A DNA stretch of 51,221 nt from a virus (IMGVR_UViG_3300026187_000022:1-51221); one strand, 5' to 3'; positions 15,628 through 24,371 are shown, counted from the stretch's first letter. Made by a program: numbers and translations. Notes: generated by a model from the sequence alone, not told the origin.

Positions 15628-15652
15628 GCAAAAACATAAATAATAAAATAAC

Positions 15653-15660
15653 TATATTTG
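15653..15660 (+). promoter_or_regulatory. -7 promoter element TATATTTG
   Basis: Upstream of the major tail gene. Conserved at 48305-48312. Confidence 0.7.
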
Positions 15661-15678
15661 TATAAAATTTAAATAACA

Positions 15679-16086
15679 ATGGCTACAACAGGAGTATTTA
15701 ACGGAACTAACTTAATATTAAAGATCGAGGACACAGCTTTAGGTCACACTACTAGCTGTACATTAACACTCAACAATGATTTGCCAGAAGCCACTACTAA
15801 AGATAGCAACGGCTTCCAGGAAGTGATAAGTGGAGTAATGAGTGGAGAGCTTTCTTTTGATGGGTTAGTAGCTTATGATGATACTGCTAATGCTATTGAA
15901 TTAGCTGACTACTTACTAGCTAGAACTCAATTAACTTGTGTTTTTGGAACTGCTGAAACAGGCGATTCTATTTATACTGCTGAGGGATTCCTTTCTAGTG
16001 TAGAAATGAGCGCTGAAATGGAGTCACCAGTAAGCTACAGCGGTTCAATTACATTGACAGGAGCAATCACTAAGTCGACCAACTAA
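15679..16086 (+). CDS. Major tail (tube) protein, TP901-1-like
   Basis: NGT.L.L...TSCTL...EATTKDS.G..E...G...SFDGL pattern. Confidence 0.9.
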   Translation: MATTGVFNGTNLILKIEDTALGHTTSCTLTLNNDLPEATTKDSNGFQEVISGVMSGELSFDGLVAYDDTANAIELADYLLARTQLTCVFGTAETGDSIYTAEGFLSSVEMSAEMESPVSYSGSITLTGAITKSTN

Positions 16087-16103
16087 AATAAAGTTACTAC
16101 ATA

Positions 16104-16487
16104 ATGGCAAACAAGAGGAGAGGGTATTATACCACTAAGCTAGGTGGGCGTAATGTTACGCTACACTTTAGCATGAATTTCTGGGCAAATTTTACAGAGA
16201 TAATGAATGTGCCACTAGATAAAATAGGTGATCTATTTTCTGGTGGCGTTTCTATTTCAGCTATTCGAGCTTTAGTTTATAGTGCTATGTTAGCGTATGA
16301 CCAGGAGGAGGGCAATGAGATAGATTACAATCAATTTAAAGTAGGCGCATGGCTTGAGGATCTAGGTCAAGAGGAGCTAGAGAAAATGATAGCTGCTATG
16401 ATGGAATCTCGTATTTTAGGTAATGATCTAAATATGGGAATAGATCGCCAGGCTAAAACTGTAGCCAACACCCAGGGAAAGAAGTAG
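16104..16487 (+). CDS. Tail assembly chaperone (gpG-like)
   Basis: Lies between the tube and tape-measure genes and ends in a GGGAAAG slippery site. Confidence 0.85.
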   Translation: MANKRRGYYTTKLGGRNVTLHFSMNFWANFTEIMNVPLDKIGDLFSGGVSISAIRALVYSAMLAYDQEEGNEIDYNQFKVGAWLEDLGQEELEKMIAAMMESRILGNDLNMGIDRQAKTVANTQGKK

Positions 16488-16816
16488 CCAGCTCCCTCAC
16501 TTGGGATGATATAGAGGATTATTATATAGGGCAAGCTGGCATAGATCCAGATAAGTTTTGGAAACACACCTGGAGAGAAAATCAACTTTTAGGCGAATCC
16601 TACATGATAAAGCAAAACCTGGAATGGGAGCGCATTAGATATCTAGCTACTATGCTACATAATGTAAACTGCCAAAAGCGCCAGCACATGATCAAACCAG
16701 AGAAACTTTTTCCATTACCACAGGATAAGTTTAACAAGCCACAAAAACCTAAAGGCACTAAGGAGGATTACGAAAAATTTAAAGCTAAAGCTATGGCAGC
16801 TGGCGTTAAATTATAA
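16475..16816 (+). CDS. -1 frameshift extension of the tail chaperone (gpGT-like)
   Basis: G GGA AAG at 16475-16481. The -1 frame is open for 43 codons and runs in frame into ORF 16604..16816. Confidence 0.88.
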   Translation, partial: GKEVASSLTWDDIEDYYIGQAGIDPDKFWKHTWRENQLLGESYMIKQNLEWERIRYLATMLHNVNCQKRQHMIKPEKLFPLPQDKFNKPQKPKGTKEDYEKFKAKAMAAGVKL

Positions 16817-16839
16817 CGCCTTTTTTTTTAGTATTTTTG
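16802..16839 (+). terminator. Terminator fused to -7 element TATTTTTG (16832-16839)
   Basis: ggcgtta-aatta-taacgcc plus T9, then the promoter element 4 nt before the tape-measure ATG. Conserved at 49456-49493. Confidence 0.75.
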
Positions 16840-16843
16840 TACT

Positions 16844-18937
16844 ATGGCAGATCAAAAATTAAGAGTAGATATTATAGGGGATGCTAGTAAGCTAACAAAG
16901 GCACTAAATACAGCATCTGGTAAATTACAATCCTTTGGATCTACAGTTTCTAATGTAGGCAAAAAACTTTCAACTAGATTAACGCTACCTCTAGGATTAG
17001 CTGGAGGCGTAGCTTTAAAATCAGCGGCTAATTTTGAAAAATTAAAAACTCAATTAAATGTTTTAACTGGTAGTGCTGAAAAAGGTGCAAAAGCATTTGA
17101 GAGATTAGTTAAATTTTCAGCTGGTACACCATTTCAATTAGATGAGCTTGTAAAGGCTAATAATACTTTGATGGGATTTGGTGTAAGTGCTGAGGATGCT
17201 TATAATCACCTACAAATGATTGGTGATATTGCAGCAGTTTCTGGAGGCGATTTACAGGGTATTTCAGTTGCTTTTGGACAAGTTGCTGCCGCTGGTAGAT
17301 TAATGGGACAGGATTTATTGCAGCTTATTAATAATGGCGTGCCAATTATTGATATGCTTTCAAACTCTATGGGAGTTGCAAAATCTGAAATTAAAGAATT
17401 AGTTTCTGAGGGTGCTGTAACTTTTCCTGTATTAATAAAAGCATTTCAACAAGCTACATCAGAGGGAGGTAAATTTGAGGGTGGTATGGCACAACTATCC
17501 CAAACAATTTCTGGTATTGCATCAACTGTAAAAGATAATTTAAACATCGCTTTTGCAGAATTAGGAAATGAAATATTCAAAGCATTAGATATAAAAACAC
17601 TAGCACAGGATTTTATCAAATTTATTCAAAATCTAACAGCTAGATTCAAGCAATTAGAGCCGCAAACTAAAAAAGTTATTATTGTTGTGACTGGTTTAGT
17701 CGCAGCTGCTGGTCCGCTATTGGTAGTGCTAGGCACAATGTCCTCTGGAATAGGTTTAGTAGCCTCTGGCTTTGCTACAGCTCTACCTATAATAATGAAA
17801 GTAGCTGGCGCATTTAAAACATTAACAGTATCAATGCTGGCTAATCCAGTGGGCGCTATTGCTGCTGCTGTAGTTACATTGGTAGCTGGTTTTGTAGAGT
17901 ACTTACACAGGCTAGAGCCAGCCGTAAGCAGAACAAAAACATTTTTCAACTTACTTAAATCATTAGGTAATCCTTTAAAATTTGCAGCTCTACAGGCGGA
18001 AGATGCAGCAGAGGCATTAGCGGAAAAGAAAAAAGAAGCTGAGGCAGCTGCCAAAGCAAATGCTGAGTTAAAAGCATCTTTAGAAAATCTAGGAAAGCCA
18101 CTACAAAATGCTACTAATGATACAGAGGTTTTAACTAATAGATTAAAAGATTTAAAAAGTATTGCTCAAGGAGGGCAATTTGGAGGAGCTGGTTTTAGCT
18201 TAGATATTAAAAAAGGGGATTTTGATTTTGCTACTGGTGAATTTGCTCAAGCTAATATTCCTGTAGCTGCTCAACAAGTTCAAACGGATGGTTTAGGTGG
18301 TATTAGTGCGCCAGATCCAGGAGAGATAAATAATGCTCTAAGTGGTTTATTAGCTATGCAAAACCAGGCGAATCAAACCGCTGTAGCATTGGAAAATCTG
18401 GCTGCCAAAAATGAGCGAATGAGAGAGCTTGGAGATATGGTAGGTGGTGAAGTTGCTAACGCTTTTTATAATTTTGGAGAGGCTGCTATCGGAGCTTTAG
18501 GATTAGCTGAATCTGGATTCCAAGGATTCCTAAGCGGAATACTTAGCACAATACTACAACTCATATCAATGTTTTTGGCGCAATCTATTGCTCAATCTAT
18601 AGCTGGTGCTACTGCTGCTGGTGCTGCTACTGGTCCAGCCGCTATCGTAACAACTCCAGCATTTATAGCGACTGCTGTAGGTGGTGTAATGGCAGCATTT
18701 GCAGCGATTCCAAAATTCGCAAATGGAGGAATAGTTTCTGGACCTACTATGGGACTGATGGGTGAGTATCCAGGAGCTAAATCAAATCCAGAGGTAATTG
18801 CGCCATTAGATAAACTCCAGGGAATGATGGGAGGCAGTAGCCAAAATGTAAACGTAGGCGGAGAGTTTAAAATAAATGGACAGGATTTAGTAGTGGCATT
18901 GCAAAGAGCCGATAGAAATCGTAGCAGAATAAAATAA
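16844..18937 (+). CDS. Tape measure protein
   Basis: Ala/Gly-rich helical protein with a TPFQLDEL tape-measure domain and C-terminal PKFANGGIVSGPT..LMGE. Confidence 0.93.
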   Translation: MADQKLRVDIIGDASKLTKALNTASGKLQSFGSTVSNVGKKLSTRLTLPLGLAGGVALKSAANFEKLKTQLNVLTGSAEKGAKAFERLVKFSAGTPFQLDELVKANNTLMGFGVSAEDAYNHLQMIGDIAAVSGGDLQGISVAFGQVAAAGRLMGQDLLQLINNGVPIIDMLSNSMGVAKSEIKELVSEGAVTFPVLIKAFQQATSEGGKFEGGMAQLSQTISGIASTVKDNLNIAFAELGNEIFKALDIKTLAQDFIKFIQNLTARFKQLEPQTKKVIIVVTGLVAAAGPLLVVLGTMSSGIGLVASGFATALPIIMKVAGAFKTLTVSMLANPVGAIAAAVVTLVAGFVEYLHRLEPAVSRTKTFFNLLKSLGNPLKFAALQAEDAAEALAEKKKEAEAAAKANAELKASLENLGKPLQNATNDTEVLTNRLKDLKSIAQGGQFGGAGFSLDIKKGDFDFATGEFAQANIPVAAQQVQTDGLGGISAPDPGEINNALSGLLAMQNQANQTAVALENLAAKNERMRELGDMVGGEVANAFYNFGEAAIGALGLAESGFQGFLSGILSTILQLISMFLAQSIAQSIAGATAAGAATGPAAIVTTPAFIATAVGGVMAAFAAIPKFANGGIVSGPTMGLMGEYPGAKSNPEVIAPLDKLQGMMGGSSQNVNVGGEFKINGQDLVVALQRADRNRSRIK

Positions 18938-18941
18938 GTAA

Positions 18942-21020
18942 ATGGCATACGGAACTAAATTTAGGCTAGTATTTTCCGATGTAAAGGGAAATCTAAGGCG
19001 AGTAGAAATATTGCAAAAAGATTACTCTGGTGAGGTTTTTCCGCTTATAGGGCAAGCTAATCCAGTAGTAATAAAATGGGAGGGTGATGATGATTTCTAT
19101 ACTCCTATAATTGGATCAACTTGCGAGCTAAATTTATTTGAAACTGCTGATACTAGCTATGATGCTTTTTATAGAGCCAGTGAGCGTGAGTACAAAGTAA
19201 GAATCTCAACTGGTTTAGACCAGGATAAAGTTTGGAATACTGAAATAGATCAGTGGGAGCAAGCTAACTATTTCTGGGAGGAGGAAAACAGTTTTGAGAT
19301 ATACTGGGAGGGATGGTTACAAACCGATCAATACCAGGAAAGCCTACAGCCATATCCTAATCCTATAAAATTAGTGGCGTATGATGGTTTGGGTACATTA
19401 GATGCCTATGATGCGCCCTATTCTAATGCTGCTGATGGTGGTTATGATTCTAATGAGGATACGATGTTTTTTTATATGTATTACATCCTCAATTATTTAG
19501 AACTAGATTTAGATATATATGTAGCCAATACTATAAGAAAATCTGGAGGTGGAGCTGATGATACTTTATACCATGATATAGTTTTAAATGAGTTTGGCGT
19601 ATATGATAAGCTAGATTTTAGAAACGCTAAAGAGGTATTAGAATCATTTTTAAGAGCTACAAACTCAAGAGTATTTCAATCTCAAGGGCGCTGGTATGTT
19701 GTATCAAATAGCAATCTAATAGATACTAATATTAATCAGCAGTTTAATTTTAATATTGGATTATCAATAAAAAACCAGCTAATAGATACTGGAGAGGAGA
19801 TAACTCAGTACAAGGTTTACGATCGCCTAGGTAATTATAAGTTTACTACTGATGAGAATATACTACTTAAAGCACCTACAGATTTAAAACCAGTTGGCGC
19901 TGATTTGTATAAAGAATATTTACGCCCATATCAAACTGTAAAGTATGATGTAAAAGTACAGAGCGATAAAATAATAAATCAGAATCCTCAGCTATTATAT
20001 GATGATCATGATTATACTTTAGGACCAAATACCTCTATAAATACTAATGAGGATTATGTACTAGTAGGAAATAAATCAATAAAAACAACTGTACACGCTA
20101 GGGAAAATAAAGATTTTGATGAAACCTATGAAGTTGTAATGAATACTATAACAACTGATGAAACTAAAAAACTAAAAGTAGGTTTCTCTTTTTATTGTGA
20201 TCCAGATTATACCCAGGTAAATTTTAATGATGTATGGAAGTATGAGATAGCTGTGATAGTAAACGCTTATGATGCTAATAATGATTTAATTTATTACAAC
20301 TGGAAAACCAATGAATGGCAAACAGGAACTGGATTATTTGCTATTAATCAAAAAAATAGAACTAAGCTGCCTACATTTACTAAGGTAGGAACTTGGCAAA
20401 ATGTGGAGCTAGAGTTAAATGCTTATGAGGAAGTAGAGGGCGATATGGATGTAACTATAAACATTCACTATCCTAGATTTACTACATACCCTAGCGCCTC
20501 TGGATTAGGTTTAATTAATGCTACCTATTTTGATAAGATATTTATTGCTGAGGTTAATGATAATGCTACTGAGCTAATCATTTCAAATGCACAAAATGTA
20601 AATAAAACTAGAACTGCTGTATATGATGTAAAAGGCGTATTTGTATCTAATTATTTAGGCGCTGATGGTTACCAGGGAGGATATGATGGTTTTTATAGCC
20701 GCCCTAGAGATTTTGCAATTACAGCACAGGATTATAATAGTTTGGATAGGATTGTAAGCCAGGAAATTTTAAATGATTTTAGAGATTTTGTGCCACGCTA
20801 CGAGGGTACTTTTTACAATCTTATAGATGAGCCGATTCCAGTATCACTTCATAATAAAGTATGGATTGATTTTGGTACAGAAACTTTTAGAGAGGATGCG
20901 AGCTGTTATATAGATTCAATGCGCTACGATATTAAAGCTAATGAATATGAAATAACAATGCACCGCCCTAATCAAACTAATGATGTAGATTCAAAGTTTA
21001 ATGTAAAACTAATAAAATAA
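18942..21020 (+). CDS. Tail tip/distal tail protein
   Basis: Only gene after the tape measure, with MAYGTKFRL.F...A.DGLG.L pattern. Inferred from synteny. Confidence 0.65.
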   Translation: MAYGTKFRLVFSDVKGNLRRVEILQKDYSGEVFPLIGQANPVVIKWEGDDDFYTPIIGSTCELNLFETADTSYDAFYRASEREYKVRISTGLDQDKVWNTEIDQWEQANYFWEEENSFEIYWEGWLQTDQYQESLQPYPNPIKLVAYDGLGTLDAYDAPYSNAADGGYDSNEDTMFFYMYYILNYLELDLDIYVANTIRKSGGGADDTLYHDIVLNEFGVYDKLDFRNAKEVLESFLRATNSRVFQSQGRWYVVSNSNLIDTNINQQFNFNIGLSIKNQLIDTGEEITQYKVYDRLGNYKFTTDENILLKAPTDLKPVGADLYKEYLRPYQTVKYDVKVQSDKIINQNPQLLYDDHDYTLGPNTSINTNEDYVLVGNKSIKTTVHARENKDFDETYEVVMNTITTDETKKLKVGFSFYCDPDYTQVNFNDVWKYEIAVIVNAYDANNDLIYYNWKTNEWQTGTGLFAINQKNRTKLPTFTKVGTWQNVELELNAYEEVEGDMDVTINIHYPRFTTYPSASGLGLINATYFDKIFIAEVNDNATELIISNAQNVNKTRTAVYDVKGVFVSNYLGADGYQGGYDGFYSRPRDFAITAQDYNSLDRIVSQEILNDFRDFVPRYEGTFYNLIDEPIPVSLHNKVWIDFGTETFREDASCYIDSMRYDIKANEYEITMHRPNQTNDVDSKFNVKLIK

Positions 21021-21048
21021 CAGTTTAAACAATCCCTTTTGTTTGCTG

Positions 21049-21088
21049 ATCCCCATGATAGTTTAGGCTTGAGTGGGGATTTTTTTTT
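21049..21088 (+). terminator. Intrinsic terminator ending the tail operon
   Basis: atcccca...tggggat plus T run. Confidence 0.75.
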
Positions 21089-21107
21089 AAAATAAATTGT
21101 TAAAATA

Positions 21108-21138
21108 TTTGCATATTGATAATTTATTATTACTTTTA
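21108..21138 (+). promoter_or_regulatory. Early promoter (TTTG-N19-TACTTTTA)
   Basis: Near-copy of the 731-790 promoter region, upstream of the early genes. Confidence 0.7.
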
Positions 21139-21170
21139 CAAAGTAAAACAATAACAAACAACTAGAAATT

Positions 21171-21410
21171 ATGAGTACTACAATAGCAAAATTTACAACA
21201 TCAAAAGGAAATGAAATTGAAATTTACACAACATTAACTACTGGTAAAGATGGTTGTGTCGTATATGACAAGTCTTGTCAAATGGAAAGATTTTACTGGA
21301 TAGGGCGCAATGCGTTTTTAAGTTGGGATGAATTTGAAAATGGATATCAAAAGGTAAAATCAATAAAATCTGTTGTTAATGCTTGGAAAAATGAGTATAT
21401 ACATTTTTAA
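21171..21410 (+). CDS. Hypothetical early protein
   Basis: 79-aa ORF between a promoter and a terminator. Confidence 0.75.
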   Translation: MSTTIAKFTTSKGNEIEIYTTLTTGKDGCVVYDKSCQMERFYWIGRNAFLSWDEFENGYQKVKSIKSVVNAWKNEYIHF

Positions 21411-21422
21411 CAAAATAACCCT

Positions 21423-21448
21423 GGGGAGGCAACTCCCCTATTTTTTTT
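21423..21448 (+). terminator. Intrinsic terminator (GCAA tetraloop)
   Basis: ggggag-gcaa-ctcccc followed by ta and T8. Confidence 0.8.
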
Positions 21449-21452
21449 ATAT

Positions 21453-21644
21453 ATGAATAATTTAGAATTAGAATTTATCAATGAGATAAAACGCCTTGGC
21501 TTGAGGAGGTTAGATGTTACAGATCACTTAGGTATTACCTATGCTACTTTGAGATCTAAGCTACAGGATCCAGGGCGATTTACTTATTCAGAGCTGATTA
21601 AGCTAAAACAATTAAAATTAAATTTAAATAACCTAGAACTATGA
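21453..21644 (+). CDS. Cro/CI-like HTH regulator
   Basis: DVTDHLGITYATLRSKL...FTYSEL..L helix-turn-helix pattern. Confidence 0.75.
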   Translation: MNNLELEFINEIKRLGLRRLDVTDHLGITYATLRSKLQDPGRFTYSELIKLKQLKLNLNNLEL

Positions 21645-22165
21645 ATGAATTAAAAAGTATCAAAATCCATGGAAAAGATTATGTAGAAGTTAATGAAAGG
21701 ATAAAATATTTTAGATCCACTAAAAAATACGAAAATTGGGGGATGGAAAGTATTAAAATTAAAGATGAGGTATGCCAAATCAAAAAAGATCGTGTAGTAC
21801 AATTTAGAACTGTAATTTTTGATGAGAATAAAATGATCAGAGCTACTGGACACGCTGAGGAGTATATGAGCAGTAGTAGAATAAATCAAACATCTTTTTT
21901 AGAAAATTGTGAAACATCATCAAAGGGTAGAGCTTTAGGTGATTTAGGAATAGGTATTGATACCTCTGTAGCATCCGCTGAGGAGGTTACTAATGCGATA
22001 TCTAATCAAAATCAAAAACCAGCTGCTGTAGTTAAAAAGCCAACTCTAACTAAATCAGATCTGGCGGCGGTATTAAAAGGAACTAAAGAAAATGCTCGTA
22101 AAGTACTCAGCGAGTATAAAGTAAGTGATGAGTACAAAACACAAATAATTAATAAATTTAAATAA
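21641..22165 (+). CDS. Putative ssDNA-annealing protein (Sak/Rad52-like)
   Basis: GKDYVEVNERI...ATGHAEE...ENCETS..GRAL..LGIG...ASAEEV. Sits next to SSB-like and exonuclease genes. Confidence 0.6.
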   Translation: MNELKSIKIHGKDYVEVNERIKYFRSTKKYENWGMESIKIKDEVCQIKKDRVVQFRTVIFDENKMIRATGHAEEYMSSSRINQTSFLENCETSSKGRALGDLGIGIDTSVASAEEVTNAISNQNQKPAAVVKKPTLTKSDLAAVLKGTKENARKVLSEYKVSDEYKTQIINKFK

Positions 22166-22168
22166 ATC

Positions 22169-22435
22169 ATGACAGCAGAAAAAGTTTTTGCAGATGGATT
22201 CAGCTTTAAACGTAGAGAATCCGCTCCAGAATTTGTAATCGGAAACGTAAGCATCAAAGTAGATGAGGCAGTGCCTTTTTTACAAAAGAACGCTAAAAAT
22301 GGCTGGGTAAACTTAAACGTACTTACAGCTAAAAGCGGAAAGCAGTACATTGAATTAGATCAATGGGAGCCAAAAAAAGAGGAGGTAACTAAGCAGATAA
22401 ACCCTGTAGCACAGGATGAGGATTTACCTTTCTAA
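22169..22435 (+). CDS. Putative single-stranded DNA-binding protein
   Basis: Small beta protein with acidic C-terminus DEDLPF. Confidence 0.7.
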   Translation: MTAEKVFADGFSFKRRESAPEFVIGNVSIKVDEAVPFLQKNAKNGWVNLNVLTAKSGKQYIELDQWEPKKEEVTKQINPVAQDEDLPF

Positions 22436-22441
22436 TTAACC

Positions 22442-22469
22442 AGGGCGGCTGTAAAAGGCTGCCCTTTTT
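22442..22469 (+). terminator. Intrinsic terminator
   Basis: agggcggc...gctgccct plus T run. Confidence 0.75.
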
Positions 22470-22480
22470 ATTTAACTTAT

Positions 22481-22660
22481 ATGGCTAATACAATACACAA
22501 CAAAGATGGCTCCTGGAAAGCAGATGATATCAAATATATGGAGGAGAGGATTATGGTATTATTGGAATATGTTGCCAATAGCAGAAATGAGGTATCATTA
22601 TTAAGAGATCAAGTAAATTATTTAAAAACCAAACTAGATGAGAATAACATTAAATACTAA
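22481..22660 (+). CDS. 59-aa coiled-coil hypothetical protein
   Basis: MANTIHNKDGSWKADDIKYMEERIMVLLEYVANSRNEVSLLRDQVNYLKTKLDENNIKY fills the gap between neighbours. Confidence 0.7.
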   Translation: MANTIHNKDGSWKADDIKYMEERIMVLLEYVANSRNEVSLLRDQVNYLKTKLDENNIKY

Positions 22661-23408
22661 ACAGGACACTAACGAGGAGTACCATTCACATAAATCTATA
22701 TCAGCGAGTGGATTGAAAATGATTTATAAAAAATCGGTACAGCATTATTTAAAAGCTAAGTTTACAGAATCGCCAGCAATGGCTCTAGGGACTGCTGTTC
22801 ATACCATAATGCTAGAGGGACAAAAGCAATTTGATAAAGATTATTATTTAGTACCTAAATACGATGGGCGCACTAAAGAGGGAAAGCAAATAAAAGCAAA
22901 GCACGAAAAGCTGGCTGGGGATCGCAAAATATTAAGGGATGAGGATATGGAAATCATATCTGGTATTATGTACAATTTTAAGCAGCATGATCTAGCGCAA
23001 AAGTATTGCACTGGAACTGTGGAGCTTTCTCACTATGGCAAAGTAAATGGATTAGATTTTAGAGTGCGCCCAGATGTATTTGGTGATAATTGGATCGGTG
23101 ATGTTAAAACTTGCCAGGATAACTCACCTATAGCATTTAGGAGGGACCTATATAAATTCGCTTACCATTTACAGGCGTGTTTTTATTCTGATATGCTAGG
23201 TTTTCCTCCAGAAAACTTTAGATTTATAACAGTAGAAACTAAATATCCATATAGCGTAGAGGTTTATGCTCTAAGTGATGATATGATAAAACAGGGCAGA
23301 GATGCTTATAATACGGCTATAGATGATTGGAAACTGTATCTAGCCAGCGGAATAGCCAAAGGTTATAGAGCTGCTGGTTATATGGATGATGGCGCTTTAA
23401 TATTATAG
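22638..23408 (+). CDS. RecE/exonuclease VIII-like PD-(D/E)XK exonuclease (DUF3799-like)
   Basis: YH...ISASGLK...GTAVH...RPD...DVKT...YHLQA.FY. Confidence 0.88.
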   Translation: MRITLNTKQDTNEEYHSHKSISASGLKMIYKKSVQHYLKAKFTESPAMALGTAVHTIMLEGQKQFDKDYYLVPKYDGRTKEGKQIKAKHEKLAGDRKILRDEDMEIISGIMYNFKQHDLAQKYCTGTVELSHYGKVNGLDFRVRPDVFGDNWIGDVKTCQDNSPIAFRRDLYKFAYHLQACFYSDMLGFPPENFRFITVETKYPYSVEVYALSDDMIKQGRDAYNTAIDDWKLYLASGIAKGYRAAGYMDDGALIL

Positions 23409-23410
23409 AT

Positions 23411-23827
23411 ATGGAATTACAACAAATACAAAGAAAGGTGGAAAATCATTTTGGGTTCTTTATAAATGTTAGATCTAGAAAAAGGCATTTAGTAGATGCT
23501 AGAAAAATTTATTTTGGATTATGCAGAGAGTTTACAAAAAAATCACTTTCAGAAATTGGTAGATCTATGGAACGAGATCACGCCTCAGCATTACATAACA
23601 TTAGGAGCTGCAAAGATTTATTTCAAACTGATCCAGAATTTAAAAGGAATTATATAATTTTGTTTAAGGAGGTAAACCAGTTAAAATCAAATGATTGGAA
23701 AACTCCAAAAGCAATAATACCTAAATTTATACACCCAGGATATTTAAGATATGCCAACAAAAAATCCATTCGAAAAATATTTAACAAAAGAGGACAAGCT
23801 CCAAAACAGCGTTATGAATTATATTAA
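23411..23827 (+). CDS. DnaA domain IV-like HTH protein
   Basis: SRKRHLVDARKI...SLSEIGRSMERDHASALH matches the DnaA C-terminal signature (RDHxTVxH). Confidence 0.82.
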   Translation: MELQQIQRKVENHFGFFINVRSRKRHLVDARKIYFGLCREFTKKSLSEIGRSMERDHASALHNIRSCKDLFQTDPEFKRNYIILFKEVNQLKSNDWKTPKAIIPKFIHPGYLRYANKKSIRKIFNKRGQAPKQRYELY

Positions 23828-24125
23828 GATGCAGTATCCTGGCACTTTTGCTATTCATGTACCCAATGAGGGCAAGCGCTCACCATTTGAACGCTACAAG
23901 TTTAAATACTTAGGCGGAGTGGCTGGAGTACCAGATATTTTATTATTTTCATCTAAAACTAATTACAGCGGCTTAGCGCTCGAATTAAAAGTAGGATATA
24001 ATAAACCTACAGAAAACCAAAAAGATTGCTTAAAACGCCTTAAAAATGCCTCCTGGGATGCTCAGTGGTGTAATTCGTTTGATGCCGCAAAAGAAATTAT
24101 AGATAACTATATGAGTTATGACTGA
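23751..24125 (+). CDS. VRR-NUC domain nuclease
   Basis: E..LQ...HVPNEG...GV.AGVPD...LELK...PTENQ. Confidence 0.9.
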   Translation: MPTKNPFEKYLTKEDKLQNSVMNYIKMQYPGTFAIHVPNEGKRSPFERYKFKYLGGVAGVPDILLFSSKTNYSGLALELKVGYNKPTENQKDCLKRLKNASWDAQWCNSFDAAKEIIDNYMSYD

Positions 24126-24369
24126 TTATAAAAATGTTTACTGGAATGAAATAGATCAAAGAATGTGGCGTACAAATACCACTGCTGGAGATGTTTCTAT
24201 TCGGTTTGAATATATCGGCACTATGACTAGAGCTGAGTATGATCTACTGATAGAAACGCTATGGGAGTTGTATGAGGACAATAAGATAACGCTGGATGAA
24301 TTTCAGAGAATCTTTGGCGATATTAGATCATTTTGTGATAGGATAAAAAATTTAGTGGAAAACGCTTAG
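24118..24369 (+). CDS. Hypothetical protein
   Basis: 83-aa ORF overlapping its neighbours. Confidence 0.75.
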   Translation: MTDYKNVYWNEIDQRMWRTNTTAGDVSIRFEYIGTMTRAEYDLLIETLWELYEDNKITLDEFQRIFGDIRSFCDRIKNLVENA

Positions 24370-24371
24370 AT

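Noticed and set aside
16485-16487. TAG read-through or alternative genetic code
   Set aside because: The downstream ORF is in the -1 frame, which the slippery site explains. Long genes are intact under code 11 and TAG/TGA act as normal stops.
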